A stretch of 42,125 bases of DNA from Macrostomum lignano (Eukaryota): contig NIVC01001879.1 of NCBI GenBank assembly GCA_002269645.1, positions 184,015 through 226,139 of the forward strand, read 5' to 3'. A program made the position numbers and the translations under genes. Shown here piece after piece: positions 1 through 11,134 of this stretch (positions are counted from its first letter, which is position 1; every line of letters starts with the position of its first letter). Below the pieces are notes generated by a model. It had not been told where the DNA came from and searched no databases. It saw only the letters and a list, made by a program, of their open reading frames with translations.

Positions 1-2028
1 CATCAGTTCAGAATCATCAGTTCAGAATCATCAGTTCAGAATCATCAGTTCAGAATCATCAGTTCAGAATCATCAGTTCAGAATCATCAGTTCACAATCA
101 TCAGTTCAGAATCATCAGTTCAGAATCATCAGTTCAGAATCATCAGTTCACAATCATCAGTTCAGAATCATCAGTTCACAATCATCAGTTCAGAATCATC
201 AGTTCAGAATCATCAGTTCACAATCATCAGTTCACAATCATCAGTTCAGAATCATCAGTTCACAATCATCAGTTCACAATCATCAGTTCACAATCATCAG
301 TTCAGAATCATCAGTTCACAATCATCAGTTCAGAATCATCAGTTCACAATCATCAGTTCACAATCATCAGTTCACAATCATCAGTTCAGAATCATCAGTT
401 CACAATCATCAGTTCAGAATCATCAGTTCACAATCATCAGTTCACAATCATCAGTTCACAATCATCAGTTCACAATCATCAGTTCACAATCATCAGTTCA
501 CAATCATCAGTTCAGAATCATCAGTTCAGAATCATCAGTTCAGAATCATTAGTTCACAATCATCAGTTCAGAATCATCAGTACAGAATCATCAGTTCAGA
601 ATCATCAGTTCAGAATCATCAGTTCACAATCATCAGTTCAGAATCATCAGTTCAGAATCATCAGTTCAGAATCATCAGTTCAGAATCATCAGTTCACAAT
701 CATCAGTTCAGAATCATCAGTTCACAATCATCAGTTCAGAATCATCAGTTCACAATCATCAGTTCAGAATCATCAGTTCAGAATCATCAGCTCACAATCA
801 TCAGTTCAGAATCATCAGTTCAGAATCATCAGTTCAGAATCATCAGTTCAGAATCATCAGTTCAGAATCATCAGTTCACAATCATCAGTTCAGAATCATC
901 AGTTCACAATCATCAGTTCACAATCATCAGTTCAGAATCATCAGTTCACAATCATCAGTTCAGAATCATCAGTTCACAATCATCAGTTCACAATCATCAG
1001 TTCACAATCATCAGTTCACAATCATCAGTTCACAATCATCAGTTCAGAATCATCAGTTCAGAATCATCAGTTCAGAATCATCAGTTCACAATCATCAGTT
1101 CAGAATCATCAGTACAGAATCATCAGTACAGAATCATCAGTTCAGAATCATCAGTTCAGAATCATCAGTTCAGAATCATCAGTTCAGAATCATCAGTTCA
1201 CAATCATCAGTTCAGAATCATCAGTTCAGAATCATCAGTTCAGAATCATCAGTTCAGAATCATCAGTTCACAATCATCAGTTCAGAATCATCAGTTCAGA
1301 ATCATCAGTTCAGAATCATCAGTTCAGAATCACCAGTTCAGAATCATCAGTATAGAATCATCAGTTCAGAATCATCAGTTCACAATCTTCAGTTCAGAAT
1401 CATCAGTTCACAATCATCAGTTCAGAATCATCAGTTCACAATCATCAGTTCAGAATCATCAGTTCAGAATCATCAGTTCAGAATCATCAGTTCAGAATCA
1501 TCAGTTCACAATCATCAGTTCAGAATCATCAGTTCAGAATCATCAATTCAGAATCATCAGTTCAGAATCATCAGTTCAGAATCATCAGTTCAGAATCATC
1601 AGTTCAGAATCATCAGTTCAGAATCATCAGTTCAGAATCATCAGTTCACAATCATCAGTTCAGAATCATCAGTTCAGAATCATCAGTTCAGAATCATCAG
1701 TTCACAATCATCAGTTCAGAATCATCAGTTCACAATCATCAGTTCAGAATCATCAGTTCAGAATCATCAGTTCACAATCATCAGTTCACAATCATCAGTT
1801 CAGAATCATCAGTTCAGAATCATCAGTTCAGAATCATCAGTTCAGAATCATCAGTTCAGAATCATCAGTTCAGAATCATCAGTTCAGAATCATCAGTTCA
1901 CAATCATCAGTTCAGAATCATCAGTTCAGAATCATCAGTTCAGAATCATCAGTTCACAATCATCAGTTCAGAATCATCAGTTCACAATCATCAGTTCAGA
2001 ATCATCAGTTCAGAATCATCAGTACAGA
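1..2028. repeat. 14-bp tandem minisatellite (CATCAGTTCA[G/C]AAT)n, about 145 copies, truncated by window start
   Basis: Direct reading; period 14, main variant G/C at position 11. Confidence 0.98.
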
Positions 2029-2574
2029 CTCAATATATTGTGCAATCGAGCGTTGTCCAAATTTGACCCCTAAACATTCCAGTCAGAAATTTCCCAGCAT
2101 AAATGCTACATAGAACTTTTAGATAAGCATTTATAGTCAATGGGAAATTACATCAACCCCAGAACTAAAACTTCCCAATGGGAGTTTTTGTGCACTATAC
2201 TCCGGCTTAATAGTGCACGCTCTCCATCTCGATCGCGCAGCTTCTGTCAGCTTGGAAATGAGACTGTCTTTCGGAACTGCATGCATAGATGCGGAGGGAG
2301 TCTGAAGCAGATAGCGAGGGTAATTAGAAGCCCCAGATACTTCGCCACATCTCTGCTTGTCTCTGCCCCATCATTAGCGACCGTCTCATTATTATTGCCC
2401 CAAGAATTACGCTATCAATAAATTCAAGCCCACATCAGAAGCTGCCGGTTTCATGATAAGCTTTTGAGCAAATCAGTACTGGGTGTCCTCACTCGATGAC
2501 ACTTCCACCTGCCCATAGAATCCCATGAGGAGAATTTTCACGGTGAACCTTCTAACTAAAAGTTCTGGATTCCC

Positions 2575-2930
2575 CTTACATAGAATTCCCTTAGTATAGA
2601 ATTCCTCTGGATATAATTCCCTTGGTATTGAATTACCCTATAGAATTCCCTTAGTATAGAATTCCCCTATATAAGATTCTCTAATTGCGAGTTTCCTTCG
2701 AATAGAATTCCACTATATAGAATTCCCTTAGTATAGGATTCTCTATATAAAATTCTCTTTTTGCGAAGCCTCTTATATACATGTATAATTCTCCTATCGA
2801 GAATCCCCATCCTATAGAATTCCCTTATCAAGAATTTCCTGGGCAAGAATTCTCCTTACCCAAAATTCCTCAGCCGATAATTCCCTACTTGAGAATATTC
2901 CATATTTGAGAACAACACTTCTACACTAAT
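2575..2930. repeat. Degenerate AT-rich repeat built on TAGAATTCCC motifs
   Basis: Recurrent tagaattccc/ataagattctc-like words with variable spacing. Confidence 0.65.
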
Positions 2931-3047
2931 TCCCTGTCACTAATTATGAGATTACCGCTTCGGAACACTGAAGACCCCCTGAGTTTGAGTTCGCCGAGTC
3001 GGAATCTCGATGCGAATCGAACTCGCGACCTCCGTCCGTTATTCATT

Positions 3048-3139
3048 CCAATAGGCCTGCAGCCGAGTGCTCAAGCCGTCATTGGATGCCGAGCTCGGAG
3101 AGTGAGACCGTGGGGGGGGGGCGAGAGGCGGCTTAAATA
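3048..3139 (+). promoter_or_regulatory. Candidate GPCR promoter: CCAAT (3048), ATTGG (3081), G-rich box, TATA-like TTAAATA (3133)
   Basis: Motifs lie 85-175 bp upstream of ATG 3224 in CpG-rich sequence; motif-level only, no transcript data. Confidence 0.35.
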
Positions 3140-3223
3140 CCCGCCCGAGATGCCGCCCGACAAGCAGAATCGCCAGTAATCTCGACCCCAGATCTCAAAT
3201 CCCAGATCCCAAATCCCAAAAAG

Positions 3224-3584
3224 ATGTCATCGCCAACCGAGCAGCCGAGGCCGGCCAGCAACTCCAGCCCGATGATGTGCACCCCAGCCTACAACGCGGT
3301 GGTGCCCATCCTGGCCGCCGACCTCGCCATCAACGCCGCCGCCTTCTGCACCAACCTGCTGGCTGTGCTCATCCTGCGAGCCAATCGAGACCAATCCCGG
3401 ATGCGCATCATGCTGTACTTCCTGTCCGTGGTGGAGTGCTGCCAGCAGGCCGTGTCGGCACTGTACACCGTCGCCACCCTGACGGTGCGGGCTGTGATAT
3501 GCTTCAGCGACACTGCCGGAGCTGGTCAGGAGCCGCCTAAGCTGCTGGACGTGTTTAGCGACGCTCGGATTGTGGCGATTTTTG
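3224..3584 (+). CDS. Class A (rhodopsin-like) orphan GPCR, exon 1 of 3 (N-terminus, TM1, TM2, start of TM3)
   Basis: ATG 3224; TM1 AVVPILAADLAINAAAFCTNLLAVLIL; TM2 IMLYFLSVVECCQQAVSALY; donor G|GTGAGA at 3585, phase 1, matches acceptor at 10668. Confidence 0.85.
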
Positions 3585-3800
3585 GTGAGAGTGACCATGA
3601 GTGTGACATTGAGTGGGATATTGAGAGTGACATTGAGAGTGATATTGAGAGTGAAAATAGTATGAGTTAGATTTGGGGAGTGAGGTAGAGAGTAAGATTG
3701 AGAGTGACGTTGAGAGTGAAATTGTGAGTGAAAGTATGAGTTACATTGTAGATTGGAAGAGTGAGGTAGGGAGTGACATTCGGGTGAGACTTACAATGCG
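3585..3800. repeat. Degenerate 12-bp repeat (TGAGAGTGACAT)n starting at the exon 1 donor
   Basis: attgagagtgac/attgagagtgat units read directly. Confidence 0.75.
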
Positions 3801-3932
3801 AGTGAATTTGGGAATGACAAGAGGGAAAGAGTAGATGTGAGAAATCTATGATTTAATAAGAGCAAATAGCACATTGCGATGGCTTCCATCTATAAAACTA
3901 TAGTACAGTACAGAGTGATCGAACAGCATTAC

Positions 3933-4196
3933 TGTGATGACGTACAGTGTAGTGTGTTGTTGTGTGAGAGGGGGTTGGGGGAAGTGGGGTAGGAGTGTTC
4001 ATTATCGCGATGCGTCACCCATTGCTTGCTTGCTGTTCCTTCCTTCCTTTCCTTTCCCCCTTTGATTTGCGTACATGTATGAGAGACCCTCGAGGGTCTT
4101 TGTTGCTTGCGTACGGTGCTCGCTAAATATATAGAAGCGACTGGCTCTTTCGGAGCCTCAATCTTACTCGTACTTCTGCAGTAGACACGGTCTACA
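3933..4196 (+). repeat. 5-prime LTR (264 bp, TG...CA; shared homology continues 3 nt to 4199)
   Basis: Matches 8198-8455 except 4 transitions and one 6-bp indel; contains TATA-like TAAATATATAG. Confidence 0.95.
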
Positions 4197-4200
4197 AAAG

Positions 4201-4211
4201 TGGCGACGAGG
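4201..4211 (+). other. Primer binding site TGGCGACGAGG, complementary to the 3-prime end of tRNA-Ser(GCU)
   Basis: Located 4 nt after the LTR CA; reverse complement is CCUCGUCGCCA, the end of eukaryotic tRNA-Ser(GCU) as recalled; tRNA identity not database-checked. Confidence 0.8.
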
Positions 4212-4212
4212 T

Positions 4213-4871
4213 ATGAACCAAATTGGCTCCGTCGGACCCTTCGAAGAAGGGACAGAAACTTGGGTGCAATATCAAGAGCGCATTGAGCAGTTTTTTGTTG
4301 CCAACGACATTGCAGATGAGAAAAAGAGAGCAGTGTTGCTCAGCACGTGTGGCAAGCAAACGTATCAGTTGCTCTGCAGCCTTCTGTTGCCGAATAAGCC
4401 AGCTGGAACGTCTTATGCCGACATCTGCAAAGTACTAAAGGAGCACTTCGACCCAACGCCGCCAGAAATCGTTTTGCGCCATCGCTTTTATACTCGACAC
4501 CGTCAGCCTGGTGAATCCATTGCCGTCTTCTTGGCCGACCTCCGCAAGTTGGCAAACGGTTGCAATTTCACCAACCTGAACGAAATGCTGACGGACAGGC
4601 TCGTGCTGGGCATCAACGATGACGGAATCCAGCGGAAACTCCTTGCTGAGAAGGAACTGACGCTAGCAAAGGCACTATCAACCGCGCAGGCCCTCACTAC
4701 GGCCGCCGAGGGCACTCAGTTTGTGATGAAGGGCACCGAGCCAGAGTCTGTTCATGTCGTTCAGCAGTCGGCAACTGCCAGACGCTGTTTCCGATGTCTC
4801 TCACAGCGGCATCTGGCCGCCAAGTGTCCCTTCTTGAGCAAGAAATGCTTCAACTGCTCCAAGCTGGGGCA
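4213..4871 (+). pseudogene. gag: Retrotransposon gag (capsid-like region, one intact CCHC knuckle, second knuckle broken by frameshift)
   Basis: MNQIGSVGPFEEG...YQERIEQFF...DRLVLGI; CFRCLSQRHLAAKC; CFNCSKLG then frame switch to AACK. Confidence 0.92.
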
Positions 4872-5730
4872 GCTGCATGCAAGTCCCAGGCAGCCAGTGG
4901 TCGACGCGAGAGCCAGGCGGCGGTGCGCGAAGTCGGGTCGGAGATGGAAGAGACGCACTCCCTAGACGTGATGGCCGAGCGGAAGGGCAAGGTCCCTCCT
5001 ATTGAGACGACGGTTACAATTGACGATATACCCGTCCGTATGGAGATTGACACAGGTGCGTCAGTTTCGCTAATCTCTGCCAGGACCTATCGCTCACTGC
5101 TGCTGGAGCGGCCCAAGCTCGAGCCTGCTGGCACGATGCTACGAACGTACTCTGGCGAGCCGGTCCCCGTGCTGGGCAGGATCCGCGTTCGCGTGCGCGC
5201 CGAGGAGGCTGCCAAGGTCCTGCCACTGCTCGGGGTAGATGGCTCCGGTTCAGATCTAATTGGCCGAGACTGGCTGGCCGATCTGCCCCTGGACTGGCGC
5301 GAGATCAAGCAGATGCAGTTGCACCAGAGCGGTGAGCATCCTAAGATCCGCGACCTGCTGAAGCAGTATTCCGGTGTGTTCGAGTCCGGACTCGGCCAGT
5401 ATACAGGGCGGCCGGTGCAGTTGCGACTGAAGGACGGGGCCCGGCCTCGCTTTTTAAAGGCCCGCAACGTGCCTTACGCGCTGAAGGCCAAGGTTGAGGC
5501 ACACCTGGACAAGGAGATTGAGCAAGGTGTGCTCAAGCCCGTGAGTAGCTCTGACTATGCATCGCCTATTGTTCTGGTGCTGAAGGCCAATGGATCCGTT
5601 CGCATCTGTGCCGACTTCAAGCAGACGGTGAATCTCGACGTGGAACCGGAAAAGTATCCGCTGCCTCGGATTGACGAGCTATTCGCTAAGCTGGCCGGAG
5701 GGCAGAAGTTCACGAAGCTCGACCTCTCTC
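4872..5730 (+). pseudogene. pol: pol fragment 1: aspartic protease and N-terminal reverse transcriptase
   Basis: MEIDTGASVSLIS (DTG at 5049-5057); ASPIVLV..RICADFK..YPLPRIDELF..FTKLDLS. Confidence 0.93.
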
Positions 5731-7230
5731 TCACAGGCGTATTCGCGAATGCCCCTGGACGAGGCCTCTCAGCAGATCTGCACCATAAACACGTCCAAAG
5801 GGCAGCTGCGCTACACCCGGCTTCCGTTTGGCGTAGCGCCTGCAGCCGGAATTTTTCAGCGGCTCATGGATAGCCTGCTGCAGGCCATTCCGCATGTCGC
5901 CTGCTTCATTGATGACCTCATCATCACCGGGAGCGACGACGAGAGCCACCTGCGTTCACTAGAGCTGGTTCTACAGCGCCTGCAGCAGAGTGGCCTGAAG
6001 TGCGGACCGAACAAGTGCAGCTTTATGCAGGAGAGCGTGAGTTATCTGGGACACCGAATCGATGCCGCCGGCTTGCACCCGCTGCCAGAGAAGGTGCGGG
6101 CCATCGTGGATGCGCCAACGCCCAAGGACGAGACTCAGCTCCGCAGCTTCCTGGGGTTGGTCAACTACTACGGAAAATTCCTGCCGAACCTGGCCACCGA
6201 GCTGGCCCCACTGCATCGTCTACTGAACCGGGACGCTGGCTGGCGCTGGGGCACCGCACAGGATGCTGCCTTCCGTAAGAGCAAGGAGCTGCTCAGCAGG
6301 GCGCCAGTGCTCGCACATTTCGATGAGCGGCAGCCGCTAGTGCTGGAGTGCGACGCTTCTCCATACGGCTTAGGCGTGGTCATCAGTCATCGAATCGACG
6401 GTATCGACAGACCAATCGCCTTTGCCTCGCGCTCACTGCACGAAGCCGAGGCTAAGTACTCCCAGCTGGAAAAGGAGGCTTTGGCGGTGGTGTTCGGAGT
6501 GAAGAAGTTTCACACGTATCTATACGGCCGGCAGTTCACACTGATCAGCGATCACAAGCCGCTGTTGGGGCTGCTGCATGAGTCGAAGCCGATTCCCGCC
6601 ATGGCTTCCAGCAGAATCCAGCGGTGGGCGCTCACCCTGGCCGCCTACAGCTGCTCCATGGTGCACAGGGCGGGCAGGTCGCTGCTGCGTGCGGATGCTC
6701 TCAGCCGTCTTCCGCTGCCAGAGAGGCCGAAGGATTCGCTGGTGCCAGCGGATGTCGTGCTGATCATGGACATGCTGGACGAAGGCCCGGTGACAGCACG
6801 GCACATTCGAGCATGGACAAGGACGGACCCTGTGCTATCCAAGGTGCTGCGATCAGTCGAGTCCGGCCAGTGGCCGGCGAGACCGCCTCCGGAGCTGCAG
6901 CCGTACCGGTCGCGTGCGGAGCAGCTGGGCGTGGAAGACGGCTGCCTGATGTGGGGCAGTCGAATTGTGGTGCCATCGGCCGGTCGGGAGGCGCTGTTGC
7001 ACTGTCTGCATCAGGGACACCAGGGCGCCTCGAGGATGAAGGCGCTAGCCCGCAGTTTCTTCCGGTGGCCTGGGCTAGATGCCGAAATTGAGCAGCTCGT
7101 CAGCGCCTGCCCCGACTGCCAGGAGCTGCAGAAGACGCCTGCACCTGTACCGCTGCAGCCTTGGGCTTGGCCGGACCGGCCCTGGTCGCGCCTTCACATC
7201 GACTTCGCTGGTCCGGTGGAGGGCAAGATG
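5731..7230 (+). pseudogene. pol: pol fragment 2: RT core, RNase H, integrase HHCC zinc finger and first catalytic Asp
   Basis: RLPFGVAPAAGIFQR, FIDD (5905-5916), CDASPYGLG, YSQLEKEALAVVFG, SDHKPL, HQGH...CPDC, WSRLHIDFAGP. Confidence 0.94.
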
Positions 7231-7231
7231 C

Positions 7232-8122
7232 TTGCTAGTCATCGTTGACGCGCACTCCAAGTGGATGGATGTCCATGTGATGACGGCGACCTCCTCGGCC
7301 GCGACCATCCAGAGACTGCACCAAAGCTTCGCCACGCACGGGCTGCCGGACATCATCGTATCAGACAACGGACCGAACCTCGTGAGCGAGGAGATGGAGG
7401 CGTTCCTGGCGAAGAACGGCATCAGGGATGTGCGGACAGCGCCCTACCACCCGGCGTCCAATGGGCAAGCAGAGAGGACCGTCCATACGGTCAAGAGGTC
7501 ACTGGCAAAGCAGAAAAGCGGCTCCTTGGACGAGCGAGTGGCGCGGTTTCTGCTGACCTACCGTGTGACACCTCATGCAACGACGGGGACCCCTCCCTGT
7601 GAATTACTGATGGGTCGGAGGCTGCACTCGCTCCTGGATCGCGTTCGACCGGATCTGCCAGCACGAGTACAGCAGCAGCAAGCGCTGCAGAAACAGCAGT
7701 ACGACATCCATGCGCACGATCGTCGGGTCGAGGTCGGCGATGCCGTGCTGGCGAAGGACTTCGCCAATGGAGGCCGTTGGAAGCCGGCTACCGTAACGGT
7801 TAGTGCTGGCACGACGTCCCTTGAGTGCCGTTTTGACGACGGTCGCGGCGCCCACCGACACGTCGATCAGGTACGCAAGCCTGCGGCGCCCATTGTGCCG
7901 GCGGCCCCCTTTGATATCTCCGCAGCCTGCGAGTCTGCCGCCATCCTGCCGCTGCCCGGAGGAGGCAACCATCGACCTCTCGCAACCGCAGAGTTGCCTG
8001 AGACCCCGGCAGCAGAGACGGGCGTTGCTGATGCTGGTCCTGAAGCAGCTTCCGAGGAGTGGGCGGTGCCACGGAGATCGGCCAGGCTGCGATTCAAGCC
8101 GGAGAGGCTGACCTACAATTGA
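7232..8122 (+). pseudogene. pol: pol fragment 3: integrase catalytic core and C-terminus
   Basis: LLVIVDAHSKW, IVSDNGP, YHPASNGQAER, YRVTPHATTG; stop TGA ends at 8122. Confidence 0.94.
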
Positions 8123-8185
8123 CTGATTGCAACTGATGATCGCTTGTTTTGCTTTTTTGATGACACCTTCCGTGAACAAGATCTT

Positions 8186-8197
8186 AGTGGGAAAGGG
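8186..8197 (+). other. Polypurine tract AGTGGGAAAGGG
   Basis: Directly abuts the TG of the 3-prime LTR. Confidence 0.88.
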
Positions 8198-8455
8198 TGT
8201 GATGACGTACAGTGTAGTGTGTTGTTGTGTGAGAGGGGGTTGGGGGAAGTGGGGTAGGAATGTTCATTATCGCGATGCGTCACCCATTGCTTGCTTGCTG
8301 TTCCTTCCTTCCTTTCCTTTCCCCCTTTGATTTGCGTACATGTATGAGAGACCCTCGAGGGTCTTTGTTGCTTGCGTACGGCGCTCGTTAAATATATAGA
8401 AGCGACTGGCTCTTTCGGAGCCTCAATCTTACTTCTGCAGTAGACACGATCTACA
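8198..8455 (+). repeat. 3-prime LTR (258 bp, TG...CA), followed by AAA and then the ATTAC duplication
   Basis: Alignment by eye with 3933-4196. Confidence 0.95.
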
Positions 8456-9110
8456 AAAATTACCTTCTGCTAGCACTCAATGCAAAACAGGCTCTCAGAC
8501 CAACCTTGGGCTTTTAGGCACAAAATTCTGCATAGCTGCAATGGAGATGATGGAGAACAAGGGGGGCGAGAGGATACCGGGCTACCAGCCTCACCTCCCA
8601 TGCAGTTTTGCACCAGAACAAATATTGAATGAGCTGCTGGTTACCCCCGAATGACACAGGACTGTGGCTGCTGGCTGACTGCAATATCTGTACAGCAAGG
8701 TTGGCTGAGCAAGATCGATGCCCCGCCCGGGCCTGTCAGTGTTTAACCAGCCAGTCTGCCAGTCTGTTTCCATTTCTATATATTCTCTATTATTTCTAAA
8801 GCCTAATGGATCGGCTCAATGCGAGTTGGGGGGAGGACTGGGAAGTCTGACTCTGCCAAGAGTAATCAGTCAAATTTAATTCTAAGCGCGAGGCGCCAGT
8901 TCCGGCCTTTGATCTTGCTGAGTAAAGAAAACTTTTTAAGGAAAATTAGAGAAAAAAGAGAAATTTAAGGCGAAAAAAAATTGCAAGTGTGTTTCTGTCT
9001 TAATCAGATGGGCCAACTGCTTTGGTGATGAGGCGGGGAAAGGAGAAAAGAGCAAATGAGATCAGACGAGAGAAGTGACAAGGGACATGAAATGATAGCG
9101 GATGGTTGGT

Positions 9111-9575
9111 ATGAGAGGGGAGAGGGGAGTGGGAAGATGGAAGAGGGAAGAGGGGGATGAAAGAGGAGGAATGGGAGATAAGAGAGGGGAGATGAGAGAG
9201 GGGAGATGGAAAATGGGAGATAGGAGATGAGAGAGAGGAGAGGGGATATGAGAGAGGGGAGAGGGGAGAGGGGAGAGGAGAGAGGGGAGATGGGAGATGA
9301 GAGAGGGGAGAGGGGATATGAGAGAGGGGAGATTGGAGATGAGAGAGGGGAGATGGGAGAGGAGAGAGGGGAGATGGGAGATGAGAGAGGGGAGAGGGGA
9401 TATGAGAGAGGGGAGATTGGAGATGAGAGAGGGGAGATGGGAGATGAGAGAGGGGAGATGGGAGATGAGAGAGGGGAGATGGGAGATGAGAGAGGGGAGA
9501 TGGGAGATGAGAGAGGGGAGATGGGAGATGAGAAAGGGGAGATGGGAGATGAGAGACGGGAGAGGATAGAGGGGA
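9111..9575. repeat. Polypurine minisatellite, core 21-bp unit GAGATGGGAGATGAGAGAGGG
   Basis: Direct reading; almost all G/A on the + strand. Confidence 0.9.
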
Positions 9576-10280
9576 GAGTGCAGGCTGCTAAACCTGGGCA
9601 GTTATCGCGAGCGAAGGAGGCAGGGATCTACAGCCAAATTGGGAAAAATTTATCGATGGAGCGATAAGCCACCTAAGTAGATGGGAGGGCTGCTCATAAA
9701 TAATCAGTCTACATGCAAGGAATGCCTCAGTAAAGCTGCACATTGTCTGGTCTATTGTGCAGACTGCAGCACCCAAACTCTGCCTTCGGGGCCTCATCAT
9801 TGTTCGCCTGAGTCCGCTCTCCCCATTTTCAAATTCCCGGAGACGCGCTGAGGTTAACAAAGAAAGGAATTTCCCATACCGGCAAACTCGGGGCTCCCCA
9901 GGTCCACGGCTGAACTTTTAATTGTGCTTGCTTCTAGGGATTATAAACCCCCTTTAGGCGACTTCCTGAGCGAATAGCGGCAAAGTTTTGACCGCTTTTG
10001 ACCTCGAGTTAAAAGCTTTGTATTGTACCTGTGACTGGGAGTGTGGAAGGAAGCCAGGAAGGATTCTGCTTTGCTGACAGGTCTTGTATTGATTCGTCTA
10101 AAAAAGTTAAGACACTTCCCTTACATGTTCCTTATTTACGAGTACTCGGCTTTAAAATTACGGGGAAAACCAAAACATTGAGTAGTCCGCTTTTCAATTC
10201 GTGTTGGAATTGAGTGTGAAAAATTAAAGTGTTGAAGATATGGCGAAGAAATAGAAAGGTTAATAAAATTGCTCACTGAC

Positions 10281-10650
10281 CAATAAATCAGCGCCTCTCA
10301 CCCCAGCACCCATCACCCCATCCTCCGCCATCCCAAAACCAATCAATCAGCGCCTCTCACCCCAGCACCCACCACCCCATCCTCCACCATCCCAAAACCA
10401 ATCAATCAGCGCTTCTCACCCCAGCACCCACCACCCCATCCTCCACCATCCCAAAACCAATCAATCAGCGCTTCTCACCCCAGCACCCACCACCCCATCC
10501 TCCACCATCCCAAAACCAATCAATCAGCGCCTCTCACCCCAGCACCCACCACCCCATCCTCCACCATCCCAAAACCAATCAATCAGCGCCTCTCACCCCA
10601 GCACCACCACCCCATCCTCCGCCACCCACCGACCAATCAGCGCTTCTCAA
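10281..10650. repeat. 59-bp tandem repeat, 6 copies plus a degenerate seventh running into the exon 2 acceptor
   Basis: Unit starts at 10281, 10340, 10399, 10458, 10517, 10576. Confidence 0.93.
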
Positions 10651-10668
10651 CTCAACACCCACCTTCAG

Positions 10669-11134
10669 TCCGAAACTTCTGGGTGGCCCTGATCGCCATC
10701 ACCCGCTGGGACGCGGTCGCCAAGCCGTTGCGTCCTCGGTTCAACGCCTACGGCCGGAACGCCTTCCTGGGAATCCTGGCCGTCACGCTGGCGGTGGCCA
10801 GCCTGCTGATTTTGCCGCCGCACTTCCTCGCGAATGTTTGCGCAATCTCGCGCTACTACACCTTCTATAGCTGCGTCTCGAACGTGGTGCCATTCATCGT
10901 GATTCTCAGCTTCGGCTGCATGACAATTATCAAGAGCGGCCGTCTGCCCAGGCACCTGCACCTGGGCAACCAGCACCAGCATCAACAGCCGCCTCCGCTG
11001 AACCGGGCCGCCTACTATCACCACTGCCACCGCACAGTGGCTCACTACCACTATCACCACGGCCATCACCATCATCACCATCATCACCATCATTTTACGA
11101 ACTGTGCGAAACAACCGCTGCGGGGCGGTCACAA
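10669..11134 (+). CDS. Orphan GPCR exon 2 (TM3-TM5 and His-rich ICL3)
   Basis: Acceptor ccttcag| at 10668 (phase 1) gives VRNFWVALIAITRWDAVAKP; TM4 AFLGILAVTLAVASLLILPP; TM5 YSCVSNVVPFIVILSFGC; donor AA|GTGAGT at 11135, phase 2. Confidence 0.88.

Larger units (their letters stand above)
3933..8458 (+). mobile_element. Full-length Ty3/Gypsy LTR retrotransposon, Mag-like lineage, frameshifted; inside GPCR intron 1
   Basis: Paired LTRs, PBS, PPT, gag with CCHC knuckles, PR-RT-RNaseH-IN order, ATTAC at 3928-3932 and 8459-8463; lineage call from gag style and C-terminal RRSxR..P.RL motif, no chromodomain. Confidence 0.96.

Noticed and set aside
3485-3490. Alternative GPCR donor GTGCGG after TM2
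   Set aside because: Phase 0, incompatible with the phase-1 acceptor at 10668, and it would remove the start of TM3
4850-4965. Programmed ribosomal frameshift between gag and pol
   Set aside because: The frame switch falls inside the second CCHC knuckle and removes its His; no slippery heptamer; better explained as a deletion
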